Source of the DNA: a virus
Lineage: Duplodnaviria; Heunggongvirae; Uroviricota; Caudoviricetes
Virus record (IMG/VR): IMGVR_UViG_3300037751_000382
Coordinates: 66,619-101,438 of that record
DNA: 34,820 nt
Direction: 5' to 3' (one strand)
Under the pieces are notes generated by a model. The model saw only the letters and a list, made by a program, of their open reading frames with translations, did not search any database and had not been told where the DNA came from. Shown in pieces: positions 1 through 9,227 of this stretch; the stretch's first letter is position 1, and every line of letters begins with the position of its first letter. The translations under genes and the position numbers were made by a program.

Positions 1-51
1 GAAGCTTCAGTTAATTACTTTGGTGAATTTTCACCTTTAAAGGAGAAATAA
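1..51 (+). CDS. 3' end of a probable HNH-AP2 endonuclease (partial, window edge)
   Basis: Frame 1 reads EASVNYFGEFSPLKEK*, like the AP2 C-termini at 7815 (EASLKLHKDFSPLH) and 14516 (KAAIKYFGKFATL). Confidence 0.55.
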   Translation, partial: EASVNYFGEFSPLKEK

Positions 52-276
52 ATGTTACATGAACAATCAAAACAACGTATTAAAGAAAATGGAATAAATG
101 GAGAATCACTTGCAAATGTTTTAGAGGAAATGGCAAATGAAGCAAGTGAAAATGATATACCCGCTCTAGATACTATAGTAATTTTTCTAGAGGATGGTGA
201 TGAGTTTACAGTTGGGAGTTATGTTCCAGAGATACATTTAATAGTAAGGAGAGTGGATGAATCTGACATTACGTGA
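52..276 (+). CDS. hypothetical acidic protein
   Basis: ORF with AGGAG RBS upstream. Confidence 0.7.
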   Translation: MLHEQSKQRIKENGINGESLANVLEEMANEASENDIPALDTIVIFLEDGDEFTVGSYVPEIHLIVRRVDESDIT

Positions 277-436
277 ACAAATTGAACAATGGGAAGATGG
301 GTTGAAAAATATTCCTATTTACAGATCGTTATTTTACAAAAGTAAGTCAAGTAATTATAGTAGATACAAGGGAAATCGACCCGGCAACTGGCGATCAAGC
401 GAAGCTAGAAAGAAGAGATATGTTAAAACTAATTAA
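257..436 (+). CDS. small hypothetical protein (59 aa)
   Basis: ATG 257 after AGGAG; fills the gap between neighbouring genes; not in the ORF track. Confidence 0.5.
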   Translation: MNLTLREQIEQWEDGLKNIPIYRSLFYKSKSSNYSRYKGNRPGNWRSSEARKKRYVKTN

Positions 437-1160
437 TGGTGATGCTTTCGCGGAAGTTTATGCCTTAGAACCATTTGAAATGGCCTTTCTTGATCCCCCA
501 GATAATCTTGGGCTTCAATATAACAGTCATTATGATAACATTCCAAATAGTATTTACCTGAATAATCTTGATACTCTTATCCATGTTATTGCGGCTAAGT
601 GCCAAGTTATATGGATATCTTTTAATAGTAAGTATACCTTTCCCATGGGTCGAATATTCGAGCGATTCCTTCACTGGGAACCAGGTTGGGTGGGAAAGGC
701 CTGTGTTCAAACGTTTACTTTTTATCAACACAATAAGAATGATCTAGGAGACGCCCATAGGAATCTTTGGAGGTTGATGAAGAAATATGCGCCATTGTAC
801 CCTGACGCTATTAGAGTCCCGTCCTGGCGGCTCCTGAACGGCGACAAACGAGCTAATCCAGAAGGTAAAATCCCAGGCACAAATTTTGACGTTCCCAGGG
901 TCACTGGAAATTCAAAACAACGCCGAAATTGGCATCCGACTCAGCTCGGAGAAGACCTGTACGAACGTTGTATTAAGCTATGTTGTCGAGAACAAGATAC
1001 TGTTGTAGATTTGTTCGCGGGAACAGGGACGTTAGCACGGGTGGCCGATCGATGTGGTGTAAATGCTACTATGATAGAGATTGACAAGATGTATTGTTCT
1101 AAGATAGCTGAAGAGCATCAAATGAAACTAATTTGTGAGGGGGTTTGGGAGCGTGAATGA
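420..1160 (+). CDS. DNA N6-adenine/N4-cytosine methyltransferase, beta class (atypical DPPD motif)
   Basis: N-terminal LDPPDNLG, then HPTQ and C-terminal SAM-binding motif VVDLFAGTGT. Confidence 0.85.
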   Translation: MLKLINGDAFAEVYALEPFEMAFLDPPDNLGLQYNSHYDNIPNSIYLNNLDTLIHVIAAKCQVIWISFNSKYTFPMGRIFERFLHWEPGWVGKACVQTFTFYQHNKNDLGDAHRNLWRLMKKYAPLYPDAIRVPSWRLLNGDKRANPEGKIPGTNFDVPRVTGNSKQRRNWHPTQLGEDLYERCIKLCCREQDTVVDLFAGTGTLARVADRCGVNATMIEIDKMYCSKIAEEHQMKLICEGVWERE

Positions 1161-1347
1161 TTTTCTTGGCAGACAAATTAAGTTAGGAAGTACAGTTATC
1201 TATCCTGTCCGGAGGGGTTCAGATATGCATTTACAAAAAGCTATAGTGATATCCCTGTCACCCCTTACAGTTAAATCTGGCCGATACTCCAGACAACCTA
1301 AACCAGAACGATGTATTGTAATCCCAGGTAAAATTATCTACGTTTAA
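1153..1347 (+). CDS. hypothetical phage protein
   Basis: DFLGRQIKLGSTVIY-type small phage protein; overlaps the upstream stop. Confidence 0.6.
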   Translation: MNDFLGRQIKLGSTVIYPVRRGSDMHLQKAIVISLSPLTVKSGRYSRQPKPERCIVIPGKIIYV

Positions 1348-1358
1348 AGGAAAATATA

Positions 1359-1604
1359 ATGCCAAACTATGATTTAAAATGTACACAATGTGATTATCAA
1401 TATGAAAAATTCTTTACTATAAAAGAGTTCAAGAAAACTAAAAAGATTTGCCCGATGTGTGGTAATAAAGCAGAAGTAACTTTCACCACTGCCCCTGCTG
1501 TCCACAATCATTATCCTCCGTGGGATGCTCGTCATAGAAGGGGTATGGGTAGTCAAGGTTTTAACCCTGAAAAAGATAAGCAGTTTGAAGGTTACCAGAA
1601 ATGA
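1359..1604 (+). CDS. FmdB-family zinc-ribbon protein
   Basis: MPNYDLKCTQC...CPMCG pattern. Confidence 0.8.
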   Translation: MPNYDLKCTQCDYQYEKFFTIKEFKKTKKICPMCGNKAEVTFTTAPAVHNHYPPWDARHRRGMGSQGFNPEKDKQFEGYQK

Positions 1605-1918
1605 ACTTACCAGCACAAAATTTAGATAAATTAAATGAGGACACAAAAGCCTTAATTGCGTATATCTTTAACAAGATATATGTCGGTTGGACTCTTTGTT
1701 ACATGGTAGAAGTAAAGTTAGATGATCCTGTAAATAATCTACTAAACGATAGAAATATTGTACACGGTGGAAATGGAAGCCCACATTACGCTCAACATAT
1801 TGGGGATAATGATTGGGCTGTAATTCATTGCGATAATGTAGAATGGCAAAATATAAATTCAGAGGCACTTATTTTACGTGGTCAAATTGTTGCTTATGGA
1901 GAGACAAATGACGCTTGA
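1601..1918 (+). CDS. hypothetical protein
   Basis: ORF abutting and slightly overlapping its neighbours. Confidence 0.6.
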   Translation: MNLPAQNLDKLNEDTKALIAYIFNKIYVGWTLCYMVEVKLDDPVNNLLNDRNIVHGGNGSPHYAQHIGDNDWAVIHCDNVEWQNINSEALILRGQIVAYGETNDA

Positions 1919-2105
1919 AAAATTTTTTAATTGGTCTCCTGCAGAGGCGCTTTGTACTGATGAGTTTCTTGCAAGCCTTGTAACAGTGGCAAAGTGTTAT
2001 GGTTGGACCGGTAATTATTTAGAAATAAGCAAATTTGTTGAATGGTGTTACAAAAAAGGTGGTAAAGAACTACCTGAAAATCTTGAACCCTATGGAAACC
2101 AATAA
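1908..2105 (+). CDS. hypothetical protein
   Basis: ATG 1908 after GGAG. Confidence 0.6.
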   Translation: MTLEKFFNWSPAEALCTDEFLASLVTVAKCYGWTGNYLEISKFVEWCYKKGGKELPENLEPYGNQ

Positions 2106-2266
2106 TGAGTTACTCTGAACCAAATTATGATCTTTGGTTAGCTGGTTGGGAGCACTGTAGAATATGTGGCTATGAAGGAGTAATGGTGGCCCCGGCTGAC
2201 ATAGATTTGGATAATATGGAATGTGTAAATTGTGGCCACATGACTTGTGAGATTATTAATGAATAA
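2105..2266 (+). CDS. small Zn-ribbon protein (CRIC...CVNC)
   Basis: TAATG coupling with the upstream gene; two CxxC motifs; not in the ORF track. Confidence 0.55.
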   Translation: MSYSEPNYDLWLAGWEHCRICGYEGVMVAPADIDLDNMECVNCGHMTCEIINE

Positions 2267-3176
2267 TAATCCTTTGCCGAGATTAGATAGTAACCCCGAA
2301 ATCAGGGAAAAACTTTTACCATTTTGTCGATTGAAACCTGGTGAAATTTGGTCTGACGGTAAACACAAAGTTGGTTACTGTGATGCTAATAATTTAGAGC
2401 AAGTAAAAACTCTTATGGCTGGGCAAACTGCAACACTTGCCATTCACGATCCACCTTATAACTTTGTAGCTTTTGATTTTCGCTCAGTAGAAGAGTTCAT
2501 TGATTGGTGTCGTATCTGGGTAAGACATACTACAATGTTCTTATCTCAGAACTCTTCATTATATGTTTGGTTAGGCGCTGACCAGAAAAATGGTTTTCAA
2601 CCCTTACCTGATTTTATGGTGATGATGCGAAATGAACCCTATAAATCTCGTAGTTTCATTACTATGAGAAATCAACGGGGATATGGAACCCAGAAAAATT
2701 GGATGTCGGTTAGGCAAGAATTACTCTACTATACAAAAGGTTCCCCTGTATTCAATGTCAATGCTGAATATACAGATATCCCTAAGATACTTCGCGGCTA
2801 TTACAAAAATGTTAATGGCCAAAAGACTGAGAACCTTGAACGAAGCAAATCAGAAAATATTCGAGCCGGAAATGTTTGGGTAGATATCCAGCAAGTTTTT
2901 TATAGAATGCATGAAAATGTTTCGGGGTGCTATGCCCAGAAACCATTGAAATGCACTGAACGTATTATTAAAGCAAGTTCTCTTCCAAATGATATTGTTC
3001 TAGATTTTTTTGCCCACTCCGGTTCAACTTTAATTGCTGCTGAAAAATTAGGACGTAGATGTTATACAATTGATATCGATCCAATTTACTTGGAAATATG
3101 TATTAGAAGATTCGAACATTTCCGTAAAACTGGTAAAGAAGGGTGGCAAAATGGTAACCCATTTTCAGAGATATAA
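2259..3176 (+). CDS. DNA N6-adenine/N4-cytosine methyltransferase, beta class
   Basis: HDPPYN motif IV, QKP, VLDFFAHSGST motif I. Confidence 0.9.
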   Translation: MNNNPLPRLDSNPEIREKLLPFCRLKPGEIWSDGKHKVGYCDANNLEQVKTLMAGQTATLAIHDPPYNFVAFDFRSVEEFIDWCRIWVRHTTMFLSQNSSLYVWLGADQKNGFQPLPDFMVMMRNEPYKSRSFITMRNQRGYGTQKNWMSVRQELLYYTKGSPVFNVNAEYTDIPKILRGYYKNVNGQKTENLERSKSENIRAGNVWVDIQQVFYRMHENVSGCYAQKPLKCTERIIKASSLPNDIVLDFFAHSGSTLIAAEKLGRRCYTIDIDPIYLEICIRRFEHFRKTGKEGWQNGNPFSEI

Positions 3177-3309
3177 GTGCATCGGTTGTGGTAAAGAAGT
3201 GTTAGGCGATGAGTATTATGATACTTGTAAATATTGCTTTTTAACTTATTGCTGTGAAGATTGTATGTTTAGCCATGAATGTTATGATTGCTGGGAGAAA
3301 CTATGTTAA
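3151..3309 (+). CDS. Cys-rich zinc-binding mini-protein
   Basis: CxxC x3 plus HxC. Confidence 0.55.
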   Translation: MVTHFQRYKCIGCGKEVLGDEYYDTCKYCFLTYCCEDCMFSHECYDCWEKLC

Positions 3310-3437
3310 CTATTTGTGAATTATGTGGCACTGAAATTGAAGACATTGAAGTGTGTCAGTGTGAAAGGTGCGGTTTAGAGGGAATTTGTGACGTATGTTT
3401 ATTTGAACATTCATGCGGATACGATTACAGAGAATAA
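3303..3437 (+). CDS. Cys-rich zinc-binding mini-protein, probable paralog of the upstream gene
   Basis: MLTICELCG...CERCG...CDVCLFEHSC; similar Cys/His spacing to 3151-3309. Confidence 0.55.
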   Translation: MLTICELCGTEIEDIEVCQCERCGLEGICDVCLFEHSCGYDYRE

Positions 3438-3593
3438 ATTTCCTAGTATACTGTGTTCTTTAAATTAAAGTTTAAGAAAGGTATTGATGATGAAAGTTGA
3501 AGAAATTATTAATTATATAATAGGTTTGATACTTATAGTCGGTATGGCTGTACCGCTGAGCGCTATTGTATGTATTGGTCTTTGGAAGTTTTT

Positions 3594-3845
3594 ATGGATG
3601 ATTTTAAGTCAATGAGGACTAAGCCTTACACAGCCCAAGGGATCAAACGAAAGAAGTGTATAAGGTGTGGTAAACAAGCTTCTTATCAATGGAACATATG
3701 TTCCTTGGGAAAAAGTTATTGGCCGGTATGTATAACTTGTGACATTTTATTAAATGAATTGGTTTTAGACTGGCTTAAATGGACAGATAGAAAAGAAATA
3801 ATAAAAAAGTACAAGGAGAAGATAAATGAAATACCATGCAAGTGA
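3594..3845 (+). CDS. Zn-finger hypothetical phage protein
   Basis: CIRCG...QWNICS...CITCD. Confidence 0.65.
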   Translation: MDDFKSMRTKPYTAQGIKRKKCIRCGKQASYQWNICSLGKSYWPVCITCDILLNELVLDWLKWTDRKEIIKKYKEKINEIPCK

Positions 3846-4074
3846 TCAAATTAGAAAAATTCAACAATTACAAAATGATAGGAATACTTATGAAGACAAA
3901 ATTAAAGAAATTATCATTGAAATAAATCAACTAGGAGAAGAATTAAAAGATACATATGGTTATCAGTTTGTTTGTGATAATATACCTTATAAATTAGATT
4001 ATAAATCAGCAAGTATTATTATCCATGGGAATTGTTATTGGTTATCACACAATTCTAATGTTAAAGTTATCTAA
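3826..4074 (+). CDS. hypothetical protein
   Basis: AGGAG RBS; coiled-coil-like N-terminus. Confidence 0.6.
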   Translation: MKYHASDQIRKIQQLQNDRNTYEDKIKEIIIEINQLGEELKDTYGYQFVCDNIPYKLDYKSASIIIHGNCYWLSHNSNVKVI

Positions 4075-4304
4075 TGAAAACTAAAAAGAGATGTTGGGGA
4101 TTCTTTAACCAAAGTGACTTAGTAATTGGTCTTGCAAATAGGAGACCTTCAGGATGGCCATTAGCCACACATCTACTAGAGGTCTTTGCACATGAATTCT
4201 GTCATTATGAACGCTACCGAAATGGTAGGGAACAAAATGAACGGGGAATAGATAAAAGGGCGCTGGCTATGGTAAGACGATTCATGAGGGAGGTGGTATG
4301 CTAG
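4074..4304 (+). CDS. small HExxH metallopeptidase-like protein
   Basis: AHEFCHY followed by a downstream E. Confidence 0.6.
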   Translation: MKTKKRCWGFFNQSDLVIGLANRRPSGWPLATHLLEVFAHEFCHYERYRNGREQNERGIDKRALAMVRRFMREVVC

Positions 4305-4510
4305 GCTGGGCGGCCAACATACTGATCATTCTCTCTTGGTACATGATGGCCAACAAAAGTAGGAGCGCAATTATTTTAGGGATAATTGGCTCCTTTTTAT
4401 GGGGTATAGAGGGTTTTAGAATGTGTCGCTGGGACCTTGTTACAATTGAATTTATTCTTGCTTTACTTGGTCTTCGCACTTATTTGCTCTGGCAAACGCC
4501 TCGTCAATAA
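4298..4510 (+). CDS. small membrane protein (PnuC-like)
   Basis: Three short hydrophobic helices; GGAGG RBS. Confidence 0.6.
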   Translation: MLGWAANILIILSWYMMANKSRSAIILGIIGSFLWGIEGFRMCRWDLVTIEFILALLGLRTYLLWQTPRQ

Positions 4511-4784
4511 CTTCAATTGCCTCTTTAATATTACCACTGTTAAGAATTTTCTTCACCTTATTTAGTGTGTCCTTGTAAGTCTTTATCATCTTATCAGTGT
4601 CAGCTACATACTCTTCAACCAATTCACACATTTCTACTACATGACTGTAGTAAGCTACACATTCCTTCGCATAACGTCCAAATCTCTTAATAAGATCGGC
4701 GGCAACTCCCAGCACTTCCCGAAGATTCTTATTAGTTTGTTCAAGTTGCTTGTTACGCTGCACCAACGAAGTCTTGTATTCCAC
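4452..4784 (-). CDS. coiled-coil hypothetical protein
   Basis: GTG start with AGGAG RBS; converges on the + block. Confidence 0.6.
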   Translation of the reverse strand: MEYKTSLVQRNKQLEQTNKNLREVLGVAADLIKRFGRYAKECVAYYSHVVEMCELVEEYVADTDKMIKTYKDTLNKVKKILNSGNIKEAIEVIDEAFARANKCEDQVKQE

Positions 4785-4872
4785 TAGAATACTCCTTAAA
4801 AAAGAGAAAATAGAAAACGGTGTAGAACCAAACTACCCCTAATACGTAAACTGTAAATATAAAATATTTCAT

Positions 4873-5118
4873 TTAGTTGACCTTGTAATGAATTTCTGCG
4901 TCTACTTTTTCAACGATAGTAAACGAGGATTCGTAAAAAGTGTACGTTGTATCTTCTTCAAAGAGCCAGTATTTATCTGAACTAAGCTTCATACGTACTG
5001 TATTAGGACGTAATCTATCAGAACGAAAATTACCTGCTACTAGGAAACATTCTCCTGGCTTCAACTTAGAAAAATGTACACCTTTCAATTCATTGTTTCC
5101 AACCGCAACTACTTTCAT
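4873..5118 (-). CDS. small beta-rich phage protein (family with 8820 and 9770)
   Basis: FSKLKPGECF...MKL...EKVDAEI pattern. Confidence 0.65.
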   Translation of the reverse strand: MKVVAVGNNELKGVHFSKLKPGECFLVAGNFRSDRLRPNTVRMKLSSDKYWLFEEDTTYTFYESSFTIVEKVDAEIHYKVN

Positions 5119-5137
5119 TGTAAACCTCTCTTTCTAA

Positions 5138-5208
5138 AGCCAAGGACAGGAGTCGAACCCGTATCTTTCGGTTACAAACCGATTATAATGCCGTTATACT
5201 ACCCTGGC
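5138..5208 (-). tRNA. tRNA-Thr(UGU)
   Basis: GCCAGGG/CCTTGGC acceptor, TCGG-TTTGTAA-CCGA anticodon arm, GGTTCGACTCC T-loop. Confidence 0.8.
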
Positions 5209-5262
5209 ATTTAAACCTGCAAACTTGATCTTTTTCTTTGTCTACTTTAAAATATTTTCTAG

Positions 5263-5334
5263 AACCGAGAGAGGGATTCGAACCCCCAACCTACTGGCCA
5301 CAAACCAGCGCTCTGCCAATTGAGCTATCTCGGC
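5263..5334 (-). tRNA. tRNA with aberrant anticodon arm (Thr-UGU or degenerate His-GUG)
   Basis: Canonical D and T arms; anticodon region CTGG-TTTGTGG-CCAG is 1-2 nt short. Confidence 0.65.
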
Positions 5335-5640
5335 TTAGCTTTTTCGCTGCACATCATTAATCTTGTTTAATACATCAATAACTAAACTTCGACCATAGTT
5401 AAGTTCTTCATGCTCCGCCTTAACAATGACCCCGGCGTCAAGTAATGTTTCCAACGCCGATAGTGACTTAACAATATTTCCAATATAATCAATGTAAATA
5501 GTATACGTTAAATTTAAAGTATCTTCATTTGTTACTACAGGAAGATATCTCAGAAACCCATGAATTATATCCTTATGTAAATCTACTTGTTCCTTATTAA
5601 ACTCAATCTTAAAATTTACTTCTTCTGATCTAGTAATCAT
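5335..5640 (-). CDS. hypothetical protein
   Basis: ORF downstream of promoter 5683-5711, AAGGA RBS. Confidence 0.65.
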   Translation of the reverse strand: MITRSEEVNFKIEFNKEQVDLHKDIIHGFLRYLPVVTNEDTLNLTYTIYIDYIGNIVKSLSALETLLDAGVIVKAEHEELNYGRSLVIDVLNKINDVQRKS

Positions 5641-5682
5641 TTTTTATTTCCTTTGTTAAAAGGCTCATTTAATGGCTATACA

Positions 5683-5711
5683 ATTGTACTATTTAGAAGA
5701 TATCTTGTCAA
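5683..5711 (-). promoter_or_regulatory. sigma70-like promoter
   Basis: TTGACA-17-TACAAT on the - strand. Confidence 0.7.
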
Positions 5712-5725
5712 GTTTTCACATAAAC

Positions 5726-5962
5726 CTATTCCTTTTTAATCCCTTCATTATACCCTGATTTATACCCTATGCGTGAAGCATGCGCCCAAGCAGCTCTTGC
5801 ACTTGTCTGGGCAAAAACAAGGTAATTACTATTAACTTCTCCTTGATCTTTTATATATCTTTTCCACCATTCCTCAAAATTGTCATTAGGGTGTAAATAC
5901 TTCTTTTCTAATTCTTCAAACGATTCAAGTTTCTCAGTATCTTTAATTTCAAACTTAATCAT
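5726..5962 (-). CDS. hypothetical protein
   Basis: FEEWW...ARAAW phage-type motif. Confidence 0.6.
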   Translation of the reverse strand: MIKFEIKDTEKLESFEELEKKYLHPNDNFEEWWKRYIKDQGEVNSNYLVFAQTSARAAWAHASRIGYKSGYNEGIKKE

Positions 5963-5964
5963 GT

Positions 5965-6243
5965 TTACCTTTCTCTTCCACAAATGTCACAAACATAGCT
6001 ACTATCTGACCCTCCAGAAGGATCAGGGTGATATGTTTCAGCGTCATGCATACATAGGTTACATTGTATCTGAAGTCGTTCTTTATCAATCTCGTCCAAG
6101 ACTTCTTTGTGCCGTTTCAATTCTTGAGACTCTTTCATTTTGACGACACGCATTTTGCTTTCAACTAGCAAAACATTCCCCAAAACTTCAATCGTCACTG
6201 TCGTATTGGTCCCAGCAAGCTTACGAATTAGTTCAGTGTTCAT
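5965..6243 (-). CDS. hypothetical Zn-binding phage protein
   Basis: C..H...YHPDPSGGSDS..CDICG. Confidence 0.65.
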   Translation of the reverse strand: MNTELIRKLAGTNTTVTIEVLGNVLLVESKMRVVKMKESQELKRHKEVLDEIDKERLQIQCNLCMHDAETYHPDPSGGSDSSYVCDICGRER

Positions 6244-6859
6244 AATCTATCCTTCTACAACGAAAAAGATAATTGTAACCGTCTCCCATGGTACATTTGT
6301 TTCTCCTGTAAGGTGGCCGGTGGAAATCGAATCTACATCGACCTGAGTCACAATTCATTAAATAAATCGATTCACCCCGTAAAGTCGCGTGTGAACCAAG
6401 AAACAAATTTTCATCAATTTCACCGATTCTGGACTTTACTGTCTCGTATACCGAACTAGCATCTGCTGATGTGTTATACCTTCCAAGGAAGACCCTGTGC
6501 CCAAACCGTTGAATCTGCGCCCGATATTTTCCGCGATTAAAATTGACACCTTCAGGTAACTCAAACTGCCGCCTTCTTTGGCGATTTCTAGTTTGCGTTA
6601 AACGAGTTGCCCACCGACAGTTATCAGGCGAGTATTTACCGTCAGGGTCTATTCGATCAAGTGTCATTTTAGATGGCCTTGGACCCATGTCGCGATAGAA
6701 ATTTTCAAATGAATTACGCCAATCATCACAAACAACAATACCAATCCCGCCATATCGTGAAAAACTTGCTTTATTTTTATTGTAACATCGCGACAACATG
6801 CTTCTCCACGATTGGTACTCGCGAGTTCCGCACATCCCGTGGCGTGCATTATTAGTCAT
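6233..6859 (-). CDS. HNH homing endonuclease with AP2 DNA-binding domain
   Basis: SWRSMLSRC...YGGIGI...TLDRIDPDGKYSPDNCRWAT; AP2 GV...YRAQI...FLGRY. Confidence 0.85.
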   Translation of the reverse strand: MTNNARHGMCGTREYQSWRSMLSRCYNKNKASFSRYGGIGIVVCDDWRNSFENFYRDMGPRPSKMTLDRIDPDGKYSPDNCRWATRLTQTRNRQRRRQFELPEGVNFNRGKYRAQIQRFGHRVFLGRYNTSADASSVYETVKSRIGEIDENLFLGSHATLRGESIYLMNCDSGRCRFDFHRPPYRRNKCTMGDGYNYLFRCRRIDYEH

Positions 6860-6880
6860 TTGTTACAGAGCCTTGTTTTA

Positions 6881-6953
6881 GGTGACCGGGCAGAATTGAA
6901 CTGCCGTAACCTTGATTCACAGTCAAAGTCCAGATACCAACACTGACGGCCAC
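6881..6953 (-). tRNA. tRNA-His(GUG), degenerate D-arm
   Basis: GTGGCCG/CGGTCAC acceptor, TTGA-CTGTGAA-TCAA anticodon arm, GCAG-TTCAATT-CTGC T-arm. Confidence 0.75.
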
Positions 6954-6955
6954 AG

Positions 6956-7026
6956 TGGCAGGGGTGGGAATCGAACCCACGTACCTGGCGTATGAGACCA
7001 GTGAGAAACCTCTTCTCTACCCTGCT
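6956..7026 (-). tRNA. tRNA-Met(CAU), initiator-like
   Basis: CTGGT-CTCATAC-GCCAG; unpaired 1:72; GGTTCGATTCC. Confidence 0.8.
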
Positions 7027-7161
7027 ATAAAGGTACTTTTTTAACGTGATGACCTTAACCACGGGCAGCCATTAAATTTTCCATCTGCTGGACCACCTAC
7101 AAATAAAAATTTACCTGGAAATAGTTTGTCAGTCATTAAAGTACCTTTCATTCTTATTTCA

Positions 7162-7190
7162 ATAATACTTTATATTTATAGCTTTGTCAA
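7162..7190 (-). promoter_or_regulatory. sigma70-like promoter upstream of the tRNA pair
   Basis: TTGACA-17-TATTAT. Confidence 0.6.
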
Positions 7191-7789
7191 GTTACAACTT
7201 CGTGAGCAATGGAAATTAAAGAAAACGGGCTTTTTTTCACTTCATCATCGGTAGATGTTTCTACTGAATTAACCACAGACATCACTATACAAGCCACCGC
7301 CACTGCCACAGAGTCATCTGACATTGCGAAAGTTGTCGCGACCAAAGACGCTACCTTCAACGCTGGTAACCATGTCGTCTTTGATGCTATCCATGCTGCC
7401 ATATTGTTTTGGTTTTCTCCCCTTAACCATTTGTCAGCCCAATTATTCCATTCTATATTAATATATACTTCCTTAATAAGTAGAATTGCGAACCGAATCC
7501 TTTGCTCCGCTGTGATTTGTGGAAGTTCAATTTGACGAATAGTCTTAAGTCGAGTACACTCAACGTGCAGAGCATTTTCCTTTTCAATATCCCCTTCAGC
7601 TTCCCACAACTGCGGTCTTTTGAAATTACAGTAAATTGGACTTAATAGTACCGCCAATAATGGATCAGTGAACGCATTCAAATCAATTTTAGCCAATTGG
7701 CCGTTTGCTCTGTGCTCTATATTTTGTCCCCATTGGGTGTAGTTTTTAGTTTGTCCATTTTCATTTGTGATTTTGTACAATATTGTCAT
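7187..7789 (-). CDS. phage-type hypothetical protein with Ala-rich C-terminus
   Basis: LYKIT..GQT...QWG...DPLLAVLL.P; AGGAG RBS. Confidence 0.7.
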   Translation of the reverse strand: MTILYKITNENGQTKNYTQWGQNIEHRANGQLAKIDLNAFTDPLLAVLLSPIYCNFKRPQLWEAEGDIEKENALHVECTRLKTIRQIELPQITAEQRIRFAILLIKEVYINIEWNNWADKWLRGENQNNMAAWIASKTTWLPALKVASLVATTFAMSDDSVAVAVACIVMSVVNSVETSTDDEVKKSPFSLISIAHEVVT

Positions 7790-7814
7790 TTTAAACTCCT
7801 AAATGAAGCTTCGG

Positions 7815-8297
7815 CTAATGTAAAGGTGAAAAGTCTTTGTGAAGCTTCAATGATGCTTCCTTGTAAACTTTAGCTGCTTCATTTATATCATCAAAATAAC
7901 CTAAATGTTTATTTTTACCATTAAACATTATCTGAGCCTTCCATTTCTCATTTCCTTTATGCCAACAAACTCCTGTTACTCCGGAAGTATTATTACTTTA
8001 TTTACTTCTATTTTGACAAGTTCCATTTTTAGTAGCTGATCTTAAATTACCATATAAATTATTTAAACTATCTCTATCAATGTGATCAATGTCACAACTT
8101 AAATCTAAACCCATTAGTTCAGCAATTACTCTGTGCATGTAAATTAGGGTACGTTTACCATTTACCCGTTCATTACGAACAGCATAAAACTTTCCGTTCT
8201 TTCTTTTCAATGCATCCCATTTCCATTGTATTAAGTACTTATAATACTTATCACTTACAATTGTAAACTTTCCTTGTGTTAATTTAATCTTTTTCAT
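7815..8297 (-). pseudogene. HNH-AP2 endonuclease interrupted by an in-frame TAA at 7998-8000
   Basis: The frame continues past the stop as SNNTSGVTGVCWHK...KHLGYF...EAAKVY (AP2) to TAG 7815; paralog 14516-15010 is intact. Confidence 0.85.
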
Positions 8298-8812
8298 GTT
8301 ACTATTGAATTAGCTTGCTTTTGAATATCTTCTAACGCCACAGGACCATACTCAGTTTGCTCAACAGAAATATTGATATATTTTCCTTCTGGAGATTTCT
8401 TCTCATGAATATGGCCATGTACATTTGCTTTACACCAATTAGGAATTGATAAAGAGTGAAGGGGATAATGACTTAATAGCAAGTTACTAAATTTCCTAGT
8501 ACCCATAAACTTCTTGAATCCAACTTCAAGATATGATTTATAATCAAATATATCGTGATTTCCAAATATTAATCTCTTGTGACCATTTAATTTTTTAATG
8601 ATTTGAAGGTCAGGGCGACGTATGGCTACATCCCCGAGATGATAAATATGATCACTTGGCTTCACTAGAGAATTCCATTTCTCCATCATATATTCATCCC
8701 CTTCTTTGTAAGATGGAAATTGGTGCCTCACTCGTGTAATTCCATCTTGCCTAAGAAAATGATACATATTTATATGCCCAAAATGTGTATCAGAAATTAA
8801 CCAAATTTGCAT
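8294..8812 (-). CDS. calcineurin-like metallophosphoesterase
   Basis: SDTHFGH, HLGD, GNHD, SHYP, HGHIH motifs. Confidence 0.92.
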   Translation of the reverse strand: MQIWLISDTHFGHINMYHFLRQDGITRVRHQFPSYKEGDEYMMEKWNSLVKPSDHIYHLGDVAIRRPDLQIIKKLNGHKRLIFGNHDIFDYKSYLEVGFKKFMGTRKFSNLLLSHYPLHSLSIPNWCKANVHGHIHEKKSPEGKYINISVEQTEYGPVALEDIQKQANSIVT

Positions 8813-8819
8813 TTAATCA

Positions 8820-9050
8820 CTAAACTTCCCACCAAGTCAATTCGCCACCTAACTTTATAACACGTACGACAGCGCCAACTGAAATTGCTCCTTCACGGGG
8901 CTCATCACCAATACTAATGTATCGATGGTTATCAATTTTTAAACAAACATCCCTTATACAACCAGGAAATCTAAACAACCCCCATACAGGAATATCCTCA
9001 AAACTTAGGCGGGTGTTCGATTTTTTAATTTCTTTAGTTTTCATTTTCAT
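8820..9050 (-). CDS. small beta-rich phage protein (family with 4873 and 9770)
   Basis: FEDIPVWGLF...LKID. Confidence 0.6.
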   Translation of the reverse strand: MKMKTKEIKKSNTRLSFEDIPVWGLFRFPGCIRDVCLKIDNHRYISIGDEPREGAISVGAVVRVIKLGGELTWWEV

Positions 9051-9225
9051 CTTTCACATGAATATACTTTGCAACACTCAATACTTCTATTCTCTTTTGC
9101 TTAAGCCAATTAACATATACATCTGCCGATTCTTTAGATGAAAACCAACTGGTATGATGTAGCTGCTGGCCCATCCATGATCGAATCGATCTTACTCTCC
9201 ACAGCTCTTTAAGCGTATCATTCAT
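9034..9225 (-). CDS. hypothetical protein
   Basis: ORF tightly packed in a - strand run. Confidence 0.55.
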   Translation of the reverse strand: MNDTLKELWRVRSIRSWMGQQLHHTSWFSSKESADVYVNWLKQKRIEVLSVAKYIHVKDENEN

Positions 9226-9227
9226 AA

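Noticed and set aside
7998..8000. Stop-codon reassignment (TAA read-through)
   Set aside because: It is a single case. Many genes end cleanly at TAA, TAG or TGA, long genes are uninterrupted in code 11, and no suppressor tRNA was seen.
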